From positions 1-62,858 of the forward strand of contig JAGHAQ010000093.1 of NCBI GenBank assembly GCA_021161425.1: a DNA stretch of 62,858 nt. The letters are read 5' to 3'. This document shows, piece by piece, positions 9,061 through 19,879 of this stretch; the first letter of the stretch is position 1, and the number at the start of each line of letters is the position of its first letter. Source of the DNA: Candidatus Tharpella sp. Lineage in GTDB: Bacteria > Desulfobacterota > Anaeroferrophillalia > Anaeroferrophillales > Tharpellaceae. Under the pieces are notes generated by a model. That model was not told the DNA's origin, made no database searches, and was given only the letters and a program-made list of their open reading frames with translations. The position numbers and the translations under genes are program-made.

Positions 9061-10764
9061 TCAAACCAGCAACATATTGGAGATCGCCTCGCCGGCGGGC
9101 ACCATGGGATAGACATTCTCTTCGGCCGCGACCACGACATCAACGACCACCGGTCCCGGATGGGAGAAAGCCTGTTTTAAGATCGGCTCAACCTCTTCCG
9201 GCCGCGTGGCCCGCAGACCGAGGGCACCATAGGCTTCAGCCAGCTTAACAAAATCAGGAACGTGATTCATTCTTGTTGACGAGTAGTGTTTGTCGAAAAA
9301 AAGCTCCTGCCACTGCCGCACCATACCTAAGTAGCCGTTGTTAAGAATAATCACCTTGACCGGCAGATTATACTGGACCACGGTAGCCAGTTCCTGGCTG
9401 TTCATCTGAATGCTGCCGTCACCGGCAATATCAATTACCAGACGCTCGGGAAAGGCAACCTGAGCCCCCATCGCCGCCGGCAGGCCGTACCCCATGGTCC
9501 CGAGACCGCCGGAGGTCAACCAGCTGCGAGGTTTGGTAAAGGTGAAAAACTGGGCCGCCCACATCTGGTTCTGACCAACCTCAGTACTGATAATCGGATC
9601 ATGCCCTTGCGCCAGTTCACTGATTTTTTCAACCACAAATTGGGGTTTAATGATATCATCCTGCACGTAAGAGAGCTTATGCAGATCCCGCCAGTGGGCG
9701 ATCCGGGTCAGCCACTCATCATGCCCGGCGGCACAAAGCTCGGCTTTCTCATTGGAAACCTTAATCACTTCAAGCATCTTCTGCAAAACATCAGAGACGT
9801 CGCCGACGATCGGGATATCGACATCGACATTTTTACTGATCGAAGTGGGATCGATATCGACGTGGATAATCTTGGCATCGGGAGCAAACTTGTCGATACG
9901 TCCGGTAACCCGATCATCGAAACGGGCTCCGAGGGCAACCATCACATCACTTTCGGTAACCGCCATATTGGCCCGATAGGTACCATGCATCCCGAGCATC
10001 CCCAAAGAGAGGTAGTCGTCTTCAGGAAAAGCACCAAGCCCCATCATGGTTGTGGTTACCGGTATATTCAGCCGGCAAGCCAACTCGGTCAGTTCGCTTG
10101 CGGCATTAGCAAGCACAACCCCGCCACCGACATAAAAGAGCGGACGCCGGGCCTTGAAAAGCATCTGCATAGCCCGCTTGATCTGACCGGTGTGACCGTT
10201 ATAAGTGGGATTATAACCTTTAAGCGAAGGTTTGACAGCCTCTTTTTTAAAAGCCTTGCCGGCAATTACATCTTTGGGCAGATCAACCAGAACCGGCCCC
10301 GGACGACCGCTGCCGGCGATATGAAAAGCCTCATTAACAATCCGCTCCAGGTCTTCAACCCTTTTGACAAGAAAGTTATGTTTGGTGCAGGGCCGCGTAA
10401 TACCAACGATATCGGCCTCCTGAAAAGCGTCATTACCGATCAGCGGGGTCGGCACCTGGCCCGTAAAAACCACTATCGGGATTGAATCCATATAGGCTGT
10501 CGCCAAACCAGTTACCGTATTGGTCGCCCCCGGTCCGGAAGTCACCAGAGCCACCCCGATCTTACCGGTGGCCCGGGCGTAGCCATCTGCGGCATGAACC
10601 GCCGCCTGTTCATGGCGAACCAGAAAATGCCGACATGAATATTCCGGCAGATGGTCATAGAGATTAATCACGGCCCCACCGGGATAGCCAAAAATCACCT
10701 CAACCCCTTGCTCTTGTAAAATCTCAAGAAGTATCTGGGCTCCATTTATCTTTTTCATCTGCAT
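9061..10764 (-). CDS. ilvB: Acetolactate synthase large (catalytic) subunit, ThDP-dependent
   Basis: 567 aa. Contains [23 protein letters not shown] and the ThDP motif [29 protein letters not shown]. Confidence 0.95.
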   Translation of the reverse strand: MQMKKINGAQILLEILQEQGVEVIFGYPGGAVINLYDHLPEYSCRHFLVRHEQAAVHAADGYARATGKIGVALVTSGPGATNTVTGLATAYMDSIPIVVFTGQVPTPLIGNDAFQEADIVGITRPCTKHNFLVKRVEDLERIVNEAFHIAGSGRPGPVLVDLPKDVIAGKAFKKEAVKPSLKGYNPTYNGHTGQIKRAMQMLFKARRPLFYVGGGVVLANAASELTELACRLNIPVTTTMMGLGAFPEDDYLSLGMLGMHGTYRANMAVTESDVMVALGARFDDRVTGRIDKFAPDAKIIHVDIDPTSISKNVDVDIPIVGDVSDVLQKMLEVIKVSNEKAELCAAGHDEWLTRIAHWRDLHKLSYVQDDIIKPQFVVEKISELAQGHDPIISTEVGQNQMWAAQFFTFTKPRSWLTSGGLGTMGYGLPAAMGAQVAFPERLVIDIAGDGSIQMNSQELATVVQYNLPVKVIILNNGYLGMVRQWQELFFDKHYSSTRMNHVPDFVKLAEAYGALGLRATRPEEVEPILKQAFSHPGPVVVDVVVAAEENVYPMVPAGEAISNMLLV

Positions 10765-10776
10765 CTCCTAATATTA

Positions 10777-10805
10777 ACAATACATGCGCAGGTTCAGAGT
10801 GTCAA
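10777..10805 (-). promoter_or_regulatory. Putative sigma70-type promoter of ilvB
   Basis: Minus strand TTGACA-17 nt-TATTGT, about 15-20 nt upstream of the AGGAG/ATG of ilvB. Pattern match only. Confidence 0.35.
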
Positions 10806-10872
10806 TATCATCATTAAAAAAACTCGGGTAGGTCTCCCTAAAACAGTTCAACATTTAAGATTAATTGAATAT

Positions 10873-11919
10873 TTAAGGAACTAGTGAGACCATCATCAGG
10901 CCTGTCTCTTCAGCTAATCCGAGCATTAGATTCATATTCTGAACCGCTTGACCGGCGGCCCCCTTGACCAGATTATCGATGGCGGAAAAGAGAATCAGGC
11001 TACGTTGGTCTGCAGCCAGGACATAACCGATATCGCAATAATTACTGCCCCGCACCGCATTAAGGGTTGGCAGGCTACCGGCCGGGAGAAGTCGAACAAA
11101 AGTCTCGTTTCCATAAGCACCATCAAGGGCCTCTTCAATCTCCGCGGCAGCAACATCACGCGATAAGGGCAGGTAGATGGATGAGAGAATTCCACGATTA
11201 ACCGGTAGCAGGTGGGGAACAAAGAGCAGTTGCGGAGCTCTTCCTGAAGCCCGCTTGAGCTGCTCTACCATCTCCGGCTGATGCCGGTGGTTACCGGCTT
11301 TATAGGGTTTAAAATTATCGCTCACCTCGCAGTAGAGGGAGCCAAGATTGAGACTGCGACCGGCCCCGCTGGCCCCTGATTTGGCATCGATGATAATCGT
11401 CGTATCGGGCCCAATTAAATTAAGAGGCAGAATCGGAGCCAGCGGCAGGATCACACTGGTCGGATAACAACCAGGGTTACCGACCACCTGGGCCGAAGGA
11501 ATCTCGGCCCGAAAAAGCTCCGGCAAACCGTAAACCGCCTCAGCCAACAGCTCAGGTGCGGTATGGGGCTGGTACCAACTCTCATAAAGCTTTCGATCAC
11601 TGAAACGATAGTCGGCACTCAGATCAACTACTTTTTTCCCCGCCCCATGCAGTTCGGCAACCACCTCAATAGCTGCTTTATGCGGAAGGGCGGTAAAAAC
11701 TAAATCGGCCAAGCCAGCGATCTCCGCCACCCGGTTATCCATAAAAGAAAGCCTGACAATGTCCCGCAGGGAGGGGAAAAGCTCGGCCACCGGCACACCG
11801 ACATACTGACGTGAGGTCACTGCCGTTAATTCAACCTCCGGATGACCTGCCAGAATCCGCATAAGCTCAACACCAGTATAACCACTGGCCCCAATAATCG
11901 CTACTTTTATTTTTGCCAC
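10873..11919 (-). CDS. argC: N-acetyl-gamma-glutamyl-phosphate reductase
   Basis: 348 aa with VAIIGASGYTGVEL and NPGCYPTS active-site motifs. GTG start preceded by GGAG. Confidence 0.94.
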   Translation of the reverse strand: MAKIKVAIIGASGYTGVELMRILAGHPEVELTAVTSRQYVGVPVAELFPSLRDIVRLSFMDNRVAEIAGLADLVFTALPHKAAIEVVAELHGAGKKVVDLSADYRFSDRKLYESWYQPHTAPELLAEAVYGLPELFRAEIPSAQVVGNPGCYPTSVILPLAPILPLNLIGPDTTIIIDAKSGASGAGRSLNLGSLYCEVSDNFKPYKAGNHRHQPEMVEQLKRASGRAPQLLFVPHLLPVNRGILSSIYLPLSRDVAAAEIEEALDGAYGNETFVRLLPAGSLPTLNAVRGSNYCDIGYVLAADQRSLILFSAIDNLVKGAAGQAVQNMNLMLGLAEETGLMMVSLVP

Positions 11920-11936
11920 ACCTTGTCTCCTAATCC

Positions 11937-11973
11937 AAAAAACAAAAAAGGGAGGCCGTTTTTGCGGCCTCCC
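11937..11973 (-). terminator. Rho-independent terminator after rpsI
   Basis: Minus strand: GGGAGGCCG-caaaaa-CGGCCTCCC followed by TTTTTTGTTTTTT. Confidence 0.8.
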
Positions 11974-12006
11974 TTGGTTCCAATTTCTGTCTCTCTCCAG
12001 TATCGA

Positions 12007-12399
12007 TTAACGTTTAGAGAACTGGTAGCGAGCCCGGGCACCGCGTTGGCCGTATTTTTTGCGCTCCTTAATTCGTGCATCACGGGTTAGATAACCCGCT
12101 TTCTTCAATAGACCACGCAACTCAGGATCAAATTCCAGTAAAACCTTGCTGATGCCATGCTTTACAGCGCCAGCCTGACCGGCAATACCGCCGCCCGATA
12201 CTTTAATCATAAAATCAAATTTATTGCCACTCTCGGTCACGGAAAGAGGCTGAAAAACCATCTCGCGCGCGGTATCCAGGGTAAAATAGTCTTCGGCGGG
12301 ACGACCGTTAACCTTGATATCGCCAGTACCTTCACTAAGCCAGACTTTGGCAATCGCAGATTTTCTCTTGCCCGTCGCATAAAACCTTGTCGCTGTCAT
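12007..12399 (-). CDS. rpsI: 30S ribosomal protein S9
   Basis: 130 aa. Contains GGGIAGQAGAVKHGISKVL and the C-terminus KKYGQRGARARYQFSKR. Confidence 0.97.
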   Translation of the reverse strand: MTATRFYATGKRKSAIAKVWLSEGTGDIKVNGRPAEDYFTLDTAREMVFQPLSVTESGNKFDFMIKVSGGGIAGQAGAVKHGISKVLLEFDPELRGLLKKAGYLTRDARIKERKKYGQRGARARYQFSKR

Positions 12400-12467
12400 A
12401 TCAAAACCTTAAAAAAATGGTAGCTGTTTTAAAAAAATATTAAGTGTCGGATTAAATGTCTATCTTA

Positions 12468-12896
12468 TTAAATCTCTCTGGCAACCGGTTGCTGAGCCTG
12501 ATGGGAATGTTCGGATCCAGCATAAATCTTCAGTTTTCCTAGCAACTGGCGACCTAATTTATTCTTCGGCAACATACCTTTGACCGCACTATTGATAAGC
12601 TCTGTCGGATTTTTTTCAATTAACTCAGCCGCCGTGATCGATTTGATCCCTCCCGGATAGCCGGTATGATGATAATATGTTTTATCGCTAAGCTTATTAC
12701 CGGTCAAGCGAATATTGGCAGCATTTACGATCACCACATAATCACCGGTATCAACATGCGGTGTAAAAATCGCCTTATCTTTACCCCGTAAAATCCTAGC
12801 AACCTCACTAGCCAAACGTCCGAGAACCTGGCCTCGGGCATCTATCAGATGCCATTTTTGTTCAAACTGTCCAGGCTTTGCCACATAGGTCTTCAT
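12468..12896 (-). CDS. rplM: 50S ribosomal protein L13
   Basis: [20 protein letters not shown]... . The ATG at 12896 is preceded by GGAG. The ORF-track start at 12920 adds 8 non-conserved residues. Confidence 0.96.
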   Translation of the reverse strand: MKTYVAKPGQFEQKWHLIDARGQVLGRLASEVARILRGKDKAIFTPHVDTGDYVVIVNAANIRLTGNKLSDKTYYHHTGYPGGIKSITAAELIEKNPTELINSAVKGMLPKNKLGRQLLGKLKIYAGSEHSHQAQQPVAREI

Positions 12897-13059
12897 TTTA
12901 AATATCTCCAAAAAAAACATCCGGTCAAAATCAAAAAACCGAAATCAGCATCATCCTTAAAGCACTCAGGCCCTACCACACAGGGCGGCAAATTTGAAGG
13001 GCAGACTTTTAATATAAGGGCTTATAATTGTCAAGCTATTTTTAAATATCTTTTTTTCA

Positions 13060-14259
13060 TCAAAGCTTAAATTCGTTGCGCCGCTCAGCAAAAAGCCCCA
13101 ACACCCGGTCAAGATCGGAGTATTCCAGGTCGGCACTAATGGTCACCCGAAGCAGAGATTGCCCGGGAGCCACCGTCGGCGGACGAATCCCCTGAATAAA
13201 GACCCCTCGCTCAAGAAACCAAGCACTCAAGGCCATGGTTCGTTGCGGATCACCAACCACCACCGGTACAATCGGGGTCGGGTCATCGCGTACCGAAATT
13301 TCGAGACGGCGCAAACCTTGCCGAAAATAGTCGGTCAAAGATCTTAGCCTGGCCACCCGGCCGGGTTCCTCGGAAAGTAGTTCCAGGGCGGCCAGTGAAG
13401 CCCCGAGAGTAGCCGGTGGCAAAGCCGTTGAGTAAATGAAACTACGTGCTTTATTGATCAGATAATCGATAAATTGCGGAGCTCCGACGACATAGGCCCC
13501 GCAACTACCAAGCGCCTTCCCCAGAGTCCCCATCTGCAAATCAAGGTCATTGAAATCAAGCCCGAAATGCTCTCCCGAGCCCCGACCACAGGCCCCCAAG
13601 ACTCCGGTCGCGTGGGCATCATCAACCATAACAATTGCGTCATAGCGGCGTGCCAGCGCCGCGACCTCAGGCAGCGGCGCGATATCCCCATCCATACTGA
13701 AGATACTATCGGTGACGATCAAGCGCCGCCTGAAAGTTGCGGCGGTACTTTTCAGTAATTTCTCGAGATGCACAAGATCACAATGTCGATAGACCTTGAG
13801 CTGGGCCCGACTCAAGCGACAACCATCAACAATGCTGGCATGATTAAGAGCGTCACTGTAAATTACATCACCAACACCCACCAAAGTTGTCAAAAGCGCC
13901 AAATTGGCAACATAACCACTATTAAAAACCAGGGCTCTTGGTGCTTTTTTAAAAACGGCCAGGGCATCTTCAAGCTCCCCGTGCAAATGCATAGTCCCGG
14001 AGATCAGGCGCGAGGCACCAGCCGAACAACCATACTGCTCAACCGCATCTTGCGCCGCGGCGCGCATCCTTGGATGATGGGCTAAACCAAGATAATTATT
14101 TGAACAAAGCAGAAGAACCGGGCGACCGTCGAGCCTCGTATGGGCTTGCTGTGGGCCACTGACAGTACGCAGAAAACGTAGCTGTCCAACCTTTTCAAGA
14201 TCATCAAGTTCGGCCTCAAGAACGGCCAGCATTGACTTTTGCGACAAACCTTCACTCAT
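13060..14259 (-). CDS. bioF: 8-amino-7-oxononanoate synthase (PLP-dependent)
   Basis: Contains NNYLGLAHHP, DDAHATGVLG and FSMDGD...TLGKALG (PLP lysine). The ATG at 14259 overlaps the bioB stop by 8 nt. The ORF-track extension to 14328 lies inside bioB. Confidence 0.9.
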   Translation of the reverse strand: MSEGLSQKSMLAVLEAELDDLEKVGQLRFLRTVSGPQQAHTRLDGRPVLLLCSNNYLGLAHHPRMRAAAQDAVEQYGCSAGASRLISGTMHLHGELEDALAVFKKAPRALVFNSGYVANLALLTTLVGVGDVIYSDALNHASIVDGCRLSRAQLKVYRHCDLVHLEKLLKSTAATFRRRLIVTDSIFSMDGDIAPLPEVAALARRYDAIVMVDDAHATGVLGACGRGSGEHFGLDFNDLDLQMGTLGKALGSCGAYVVGAPQFIDYLINKARSFIYSTALPPATLGASLAALELLSEEPGRVARLRSLTDYFRQGLRRLEISVRDDPTPIVPVVVGDPQRTMALSAWFLERGVFIQGIRPPTVAPGQSLLRVTISADLEYSDLDRVLGLFAERRNEFKL

Positions 14260-15268
14260 CAGCCGAGCCCTCGTCAAAAGCGGCCCAATCGGCCAGCAGG
14301 CGACAGTCATCTTGCCATTTCCGGCCACTGGTGGTCAGATAGTTGCCGACCATCAGACCATTGGCTCCGGCCGAAAAAAGCAACGATTGGAAATCTCCAA
14401 AAGTGCGCTGACGACCACCACAGATACGGATATCGCATGCCGGACATACCAGACGAAACATGGCAATCGTCAACAGGGCCTGAAACGGCGTCAAACCAGG
14501 TTGATCCGCCAATGGCGTACCGCTGACCGGCTGCAAAAAATTAAGCGGGATCGAATCAACCTGCAGATCTCGCAGGGTCAACGCCAATTCCACCCGCTGA
14601 GCCCAGCTCTCACCAAGCCCCATAATGCCGCCGCTACAGACATAGAGACCAGCCTCTTTGGCGGTTTTCACCGTAGCCACTGCCTTCTCATAATCGTGGG
14701 TTGTGCAAACTTGCGAAAAAAAACTGCGGGCCGTTTCAAGGTTGTGGTGATAATGCTTAAGACCGGCGTCACGATAACGACCGGCCGTATCCGCATCGAG
14801 GAACCCCAGTGAAGCACAGGGGGCAATTTTCTGTTCCTCGATTTTTTTCAGCATAACTATAATTTCATTCTGCTCATTCAAACTATCGACAGCCGTCCCA
14901 CTGGTCACTATCGAGAAATTGTCAACGCCGCAAGCGCCAGCTTCACAAACCTGTCCAACCAGCTCGGACACGCCGATCAGGGGAAAAGTTTCGACCCCGG
15001 TATCATAAGAGATCGACTGGGCGCAGAAAGCACAATCTTCCGGGCAGCGGCCCGATTTTGCATTAGTTATTGCGCAAAGCGCGATCTTTTGACCGCAGTG
15101 GCGCCGCCTGACCCTATTGGTCAATGGCAACAGGGATAAAATTTCGGGCCCGGCCAGGATTCCCAGACTAAGGGCAAGATCTTCCTCAATCCCCTCCGCA
15201 CCATTAAGAAGCTGTGGCATTCGGGAAGTCAGCACCGTAAGAATTTCATCGTTTTTATTTTTTTGCAA
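14252..15268 (-). CDS. bioB: Biotin synthase (radical SAM)
   Basis: SGRCPEDCAFCAQS radical-SAM cluster motif and YHHNLET. The start at 15268 is TTG (AAGGA upstream), so the exact start is uncertain. Confidence 0.92.
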   Translation of the reverse strand: MQKNKNDEILTVLTSRMPQLLNGAEGIEEDLALSLGILAGPEILSLLPLTNRVRRRHCGQKIALCAITNAKSGRCPEDCAFCAQSISYDTGVETFPLIGVSELVGQVCEAGACGVDNFSIVTSGTAVDSLNEQNEIIVMLKKIEEQKIAPCASLGFLDADTAGRYRDAGLKHYHHNLETARSFFSQVCTTHDYEKAVATVKTAKEAGLYVCSGGIMGLGESWAQRVELALTLRDLQVDSIPLNFLQPVSGTPLADQPGLTPFQALLTIAMFRLVCPACDIRICGGRQRTFGDFQSLLFSAGANGLMVGNYLTTSGRKWQDDCRLLADWAAFDEGSADE

Positions 15269-15314
15269 AATAATTTCCTTTTATTTAATTGATCTGCATG
15301 TTATTTTTTGAAGC

Positions 15315-15923
15315 ATGGCATTTAATCGTAAAGACGGCTACTACCGACAGGCAAAACGCGAAGGGAAACGCTCTCGGGCAACTTACAAGATCGAAGAACT
15401 CGACCAGCGTTTCAGAATCTTCAAAAAGGGCCAAAAAATCCTTGAGCTGGGAGCCGCCCCCGGCGGCTGGATGGAATATATCGCCAAACGGGTAGGAGGC
15501 TCGGGAAGCGTCCTCGGACTCGATTTACAAACCATCACCGACCTACCATCACCGCCCTGTCAAACCCTGGTCGCAGATATCTTGGATCCTGAAACCGGAA
15601 CCCGTATAGACAACCTGGTCAGCCCACCCTTTGACGGAGCCGTCTCCGACTTAGCCCCCAACCTAACCGGCATTAAGACAACCGACCAAGCTAATTCCAT
15701 CGCCATACTTGAAACAGCGTTAAATCTCGTTAAGAAACGCCTTGCAGATGGCGGATTCTTTATCTGTAAGGTCTTTCAGGGCAATGAGCTAAAGTCATTT
15801 CAACTCCAGCTTAAATGCTGTTTTGCCAAAGTCACCTTGGCCAAACCCAAAGCCAGCCGCAAAACCTCGGCGGAAATATATCTGGTCGCAACCGGTTACG
15901 ACGGCAACATCAAACCCCAGTAG
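15315..15923 (+). CDS. rlmE: 23S rRNA (uridine2552-2'-O)-methyltransferase RlmE/FtsJ
   Basis: Contains YYRQAKREGKRSRATYKIEELD, LELGAAPGGW and SDLAPNLTG motifs. Confidence 0.93.
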   Translation: MAFNRKDGYYRQAKREGKRSRATYKIEELDQRFRIFKKGQKILELGAAPGGWMEYIAKRVGGSGSVLGLDLQTITDLPSPPCQTLVADILDPETGTRIDNLVSPPFDGAVSDLAPNLTGIKTTDQANSIAILETALNLVKKRLADGGFFICKVFQGNELKSFQLQLKCCFAKVTLAKPKASRKTSAEIYLVATGYDGNIKPQ

Positions 15924-16672
15924 AGTTCAATCATTTGGGGTCCAAAAAAAAGATACAAGAGGCCACCGGCGGCCAGAAAAGGACCGAAAGGGATGGCATA
16001 GCGGCCATCTTTACCCTTCCAGAGCACTAACCCCGAACCAATTACCGCACCGCTTAACGAGCTCAGCAGAATAATCGGCAAAAGCGCCTTGTAACCTAAA
16101 AATGCCCCCAACATGGCCAACAGCTTAAGGTCTCCACCACCCATGCCATCCCGTCCGGTCGAGTAGTGATAACCAGTCGCCACCAGCCACAAAGAGAACC
16201 ATCCCAAAAGAGCGCCCAGCAGCGATCCCCACCAGGGCATCGGTACCCACCACCAGGCCCCGGCCAGACCGAAAACAATCCCCGCAAGGCTGAAACGATC
16301 GGGGATAATCTGATGCTCAAGATCTATAAAAGTAATCGGCACCAGCAAAGAGATTAACAACAAAGCTCCAACCAGGGATGAAGACAGTCCGAACCTAAAA
16401 ACGGCGGCCCCGAAAAGCAGCCCGGTCAAAGCTTCAACCAAGGGATAACGCCAAGAGATTGTCTGCCGGCAAAAAAAACAGCGGCCCCGCAAAAAACCAT
16501 AGGTCAACAACGGAACATTGAGCCAGAACGGCAGGTTCCGCCCGCAATTCGGGCAATGAGAGGGCGGCGAAACCACTGACAGGTCACGGGGTATCCGATA
16601 TATGCAGACATTAAAAAAACTACCGCAAACAAGCCCCAAAACGACAACCATGGCAACCGACAATAAATCCAT
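15896..16672 (-). CDS. pilD: Prepilin peptidase / N-methyltransferase (A24 family)
   Basis: Contains the CPNCGRNL...GRCFFCRQTISWRYPLVE zinc motif, multiple TM segments and GGGDLKLLAMLGAFLG. ATG at 16672 (the ORF-track start at 16678 is TTG). The 3' end overlaps rlmE by 28 nt, convergently. Confidence 0.92.
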   Translation of the reverse strand: MDLLSVAMVVVLGLVCGSFFNVCIYRIPRDLSVVSPPSHCPNCGRNLPFWLNVPLLTYGFLRGRCFFCRQTISWRYPLVEALTGLLFGAAVFRFGLSSSLVGALLLISLLVPITFIDLEHQIIPDRFSLAGIVFGLAGAWWWVPMPWWGSLLGALLGWFSLWLVATGYHYSTGRDGMGGGDLKLLAMLGAFLGYKALLPIILLSSLSGAVIGSGLVLWKGKDGRYAIPFGPFLAAGGLLYLFFGPQMIELYWGLMLPS

Positions 16673-16974
16673 AAACAACTACACCAATACCTGAGAGAAA
16701 ACCTGAAAATTAGGCGGTTGAACAAAATACCATAATGTGTTATAAAGAGAGCGTTAACAAATTATGAGATAGAGCCTGTTTGCCAAACGACAAACGACAA
16801 GAGAACCCACTAAAGCGACACTCGCTCAACCGAGTTAAGTTTCTCCGGCCGCCGGGCAATATCATGTCAAGAACATCTTTGCCAAGAAAAATAATAGCCC
16901 GGCATCTCTAAGATGATACAACGACACCATCTTTTCCTTCTCAAAGCACAATAACCAATGGAACTCAACTAACC

Positions 16975-17496
16975 ATGGGAAAACAGACAAGCAACGCCTT
17001 TAATATCGGAGATCTAGCGGTCTACCCGGGACATGGTGTTGGCGAGATCAAAGCCATAGAACAGCGTGAAGTCTGCGACGAAGAAGTTCAAGCCTTCTAT
17101 ATTATGGTGATACTCGACAGTAACATCACCATAATGATCCCCAAAAACAACACCGTACACGTCGGCTTGCGCCAACTTGTCAATCAAGAAGAGATCAAAG
17201 AGGTCTATAAAACTTTGAAAAAGCGCCGGGTTAAGCTCTCACACCAGACCTGGAACAAACGCTACAAACAATTTCATGACAAAATAAAGCGCGGATCACT
17301 CTTTGAAGTAGCAGAAGTATTCCGCGATCTAAATTTGATCAGCCTGAACAAGGAACTCTCCTTTGGTGAACGAAAAATGATGGAAACCGCCAAACACCTG
17401 ATCGTCTCCGAACTGGCCCGGGCGCGAGCCCTGCAGGAGAATGACATAGAAAAGGAGATCCATGAAATTTTTGCCTCTGAAGAAGACGAATCCTGA
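16975..17496 (+). CDS. carD: CarD/CdnL-family RNA-polymerase-binding transcription regulator
   Basis: 173 aa with the N-terminal FNIGDLAVYPGHGVGEIKAIE Tudor-like motif and a helical C-terminal domain. Confidence 0.88.
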   Translation: MGKQTSNAFNIGDLAVYPGHGVGEIKAIEQREVCDEEVQAFYIMVILDSNITIMIPKNNTVHVGLRQLVNQEEIKEVYKTLKKRRVKLSHQTWNKRYKQFHDKIKRGSLFEVAEVFRDLNLISLNKELSFGERKMMETAKHLIVSELARARALQENDIEKEIHEIFASEEDES

Positions 17497-17658
17497 CGCC
17501 AACCCGGCGAGCCAGAAACAACGCAGTGGTCAACATAAAACACTTCCAATTCTCCACTGCAAGGCACCTACACAAACTTAAATCATTCGTTTTTTTGAAT
17601 TTTTCAAGTGAAAATTCATTGATAAGTGCTAACTTTTGACCATTTCACGAGATAATCG

Positions 17659-18648
17659 TTGCTCATAATTCGCTTTTTTTTTACTATTGCTGCGGCCCTG
17701 CTCTCCTTTCAGATTGCTAAATCACAGTTTGGCCGAATCGATTACGCCTGTGTCGCCTTTTTTATTTCCGGCTCTCTTGTCGCATACCTCTTCTACCTGA
17801 TCAGCCGCCTGAAGAAAATCCCTTTAAGGACTCTGCTGGGAGGGTTCACCGGCATGGTTGTCGGCCTTTTCATCGCCAATCTCATGCTCCGAGGAGCTCC
17901 TTTTGTCGATCTCTTTGACAACCCGAGAACCAACTTCACTCTCTATCTTCTGATCTACTCCCTGCTGGCCTATGTCGCCCTTGAGGTTGGCCTCAAGAAA
18001 GGGGATGAATTCGACCTTATCCGAGCCCTGATCTCGAAGAAACGTGATGACCAGGAAAAGATCGTCGATACCTCGGTCATTATCGATGGCCGAATTGCTG
18101 ATGTCTGCGAAACCGGTTTCATCGAAGGCACCTTGATTATTCCGCAATTCGTCCTCCATGAATTACAGCTCATCGCCGACTCGTCCGACTCCTTAAAACG
18201 GATCCGGGGTCGTCGCGGACTGGACATCCTCAAACGTATCCAGAATCAGGCCAAAGTTCAGATCCATATCACCGAAGAGGATTTTCCGCGCATCAAAGAA
18301 GTAGACGCAAAACTCGTCGCTTTAGCCAAAAAAAGAGGTGCCCAGATTTTAACCAATGACTTCAATCTCAACAAGGTGGCAGACCTACAGGGGGTTGGGG
18401 TTTTGAACCTGAACCAGTTGGCCGAAGCTATGAAACCTCTGGTTCTGCCTGGAGAAACCCTGGATGTCTTAGTCTCCAAAGAGGGCAAGGAACCAATGCA
18501 GGGAATTGCCTATCTCAATGACGGCACCATGGTGGTTATCGACCATGGTCGCCATCTGGTTGGCGAAACCGCAAAGGTCACCGTAACCAGCGTCCTCCAA
18601 ACCACGGCCGGGCGCATGATCTTTGCGAGACGTCAAAATGGTTCGTAA
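17659..18648 (+). CDS. Membrane-anchored PIN/TRAM-domain protein (YacL-like)
   Basis: Four N-terminal TM helices, a PIN-like region (IVDTSVIIDGRI...ELQLIADS) and a C-terminal TRAM-like beta domain (GETLDVLVSKEGKEPMQGIAYLNDGTMVVI). TTG start, so the boundary is uncertain. Confidence 0.8.
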   Translation: MLIIRFFFTIAAALLSFQIAKSQFGRIDYACVAFFISGSLVAYLFYLISRLKKIPLRTLLGGFTGMVVGLFIANLMLRGAPFVDLFDNPRTNFTLYLLIYSLLAYVALEVGLKKGDEFDLIRALISKKRDDQEKIVDTSVIIDGRIADVCETGFIEGTLIIPQFVLHELQLIADSSDSLKRIRGRRGLDILKRIQNQAKVQIHITEEDFPRIKEVDAKLVALAKKRGAQILTNDFNLNKVADLQGVGVLNLNQLAEAMKPLVLPGETLDVLVSKEGKEPMQGIAYLNDGTMVVIDHGRHLVGETAKVTVTSVLQTTAGRMIFARRQNGS

Positions 18649-19879
18649 ACCCACCAAGAAATCAGCTTTCGCAATCATTGTGGCGGCTGGCAGCGGGCAC
18701 CGTTGCCCGGGTCCGCAAGCCAAACAATTTCTCAACCTGTGCGGCCAACCCCTCTATCTCTGGAGCGTCAGGGCTTTCCAACAATGCCATACAATTGCCG
18801 GCATTGTTGTCGTCGGCCCCAAGCACAACCACGAAGCTCTGCTTGAGATGCAGCAAGAAACAGCCCTTTTTGACAAGGTCATAGCGGTCGTTGCTGGCGG
18901 CGACAGCCGCACGGCATCGGTCTGCAGCGGGGCTGCCGCTCTAGCGACGGCAACCGCTAATCTGTCAAAATCTGACCCGATCCTAATTCACGATGGCGTC
19001 AGACCCCTGGTCACCCCGGAACTGATTAGTAAAGTCGCAGAACAAACCGGCTCAAAACAGATCGCCATCCCGACTACGACACCGACCGCAACAGTCAAAA
19101 AGATAGTCGGCAAAACGATCACCAAAACTATAAAGCGTGAAGATATCGGCTTGGCCCAAACACCTCAAGGAGTACCCTACGGATTACTCTGTGAGGCTCT
19201 CGACCACTGGCTCAAAGATCCTACAAAAATAACCGACGAGGGAGCTCTGATTGAAAATCTCCCCCTGGAAAAACGAACCGAAATCACTATTATCAATGTA
19301 GAGGGAGAACCTGGAAACCTTAAAGTCACGTTCCCGGAAGAGCTGCAGCGGGCAGAATCCCTGCTCCTAAAAAAGATGGATAAAAAAGAAATGCCATATA
19401 AACCGTGCCAGGCCACCGGCTTCGGTTATGATGTTCATGCCTTTGCAACCGAAAGAAAATTGATCCTGGGCGGTATTGAAATCCCCGACCACGCCGGCCT
19501 GGCTGGCCACTCCGACGCTGATGTCCTGGTTCACGCTTTAGTTGATGCCCTCCTTGGAGCGGTTGGGGCCGGCGATATCGGCCAGCACTTCCCCGATCAT
19601 GACCCCACCTTCAAAAATCTCTGCAGCCTCCATTTTCTTGAGCGAACCATGACAATTGTCAGAGAGAAAGGTTTTCACCTGGAGGCTGCCGACATCACGA
19701 TTGTCGCCCAGCAACCGAAACTGGCACCGTATATCCCGGCCATGCTGACTATTCTAAAAAAAACTATCGCCTCTCCCTGTCAGCTCAACATTAAGGCTAC
19801 AACCAGCGAAGGTCTCGGATTTACCGGTCGCCGGGAGGGAATTGCAACTTACGCCGTAGCCACTGTAACTGCGAGATGA
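18638..19879 (+). CDS. ispDF: Bifunctional IspD/IspF (MEP cytidylyltransferase / MEcPP synthase)
   Basis: The N-terminal half has AIIVAAGSGHR and IHDGVRPLV. The C-terminal half has GFGYDVHAF and GHSDADVLVHAL. The ATG at 18638 overlaps the previous gene by 11 nt. Confidence 0.93.
   Translation: MVRKPTKKSAFAIIVAAGSGHRCPGPQAKQFLNLCGQPLYLWSVRAFQQCHTIAGIVVVGPKHNHEALLEMQQETALFDKVIAVVAGGDSRTASVCSGAAALATATANLSKSDPILIHDGVRPLVTPELISKVAEQTGSKQIAIPTTTPTATVKKIVGKTITKTIKREDIGLAQTPQGVPYGLLCEALDHWLKDPTKITDEGALIENLPLEKRTEITIINVEGEPGNLKVTFPEELQRAESLLLKKMDKKEMPYKPCQATGFGYDVHAFATERKLILGGIEIPDHAGLAGHSDADVLVHALVDALLGAVGAGDIGQHFPDHDPTFKNLCSLHFLERTMTIVREKGFHLEAADITIVAQQPKLAPYIPAMLTILKKTIASPCQLNIKATTSEGLGFTGRREGIATYAVATVTAR

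Noticed and set aside
9601-10485. 294-aa ORF on the plus strand
   Set aside because: Antisense to ilvB (acetolactate synthase large subunit), with no motifs. A shadow ORF.
12897-13059. Ribosomal-protein leader or attenuator and promoter upstream of rplM
   Set aside because: A TTGACA is present (minus strand, 13034-13029) but the -10 is poor (TAAAAG). I could not fold a convincing conserved leader structure, so this is left unannotated.
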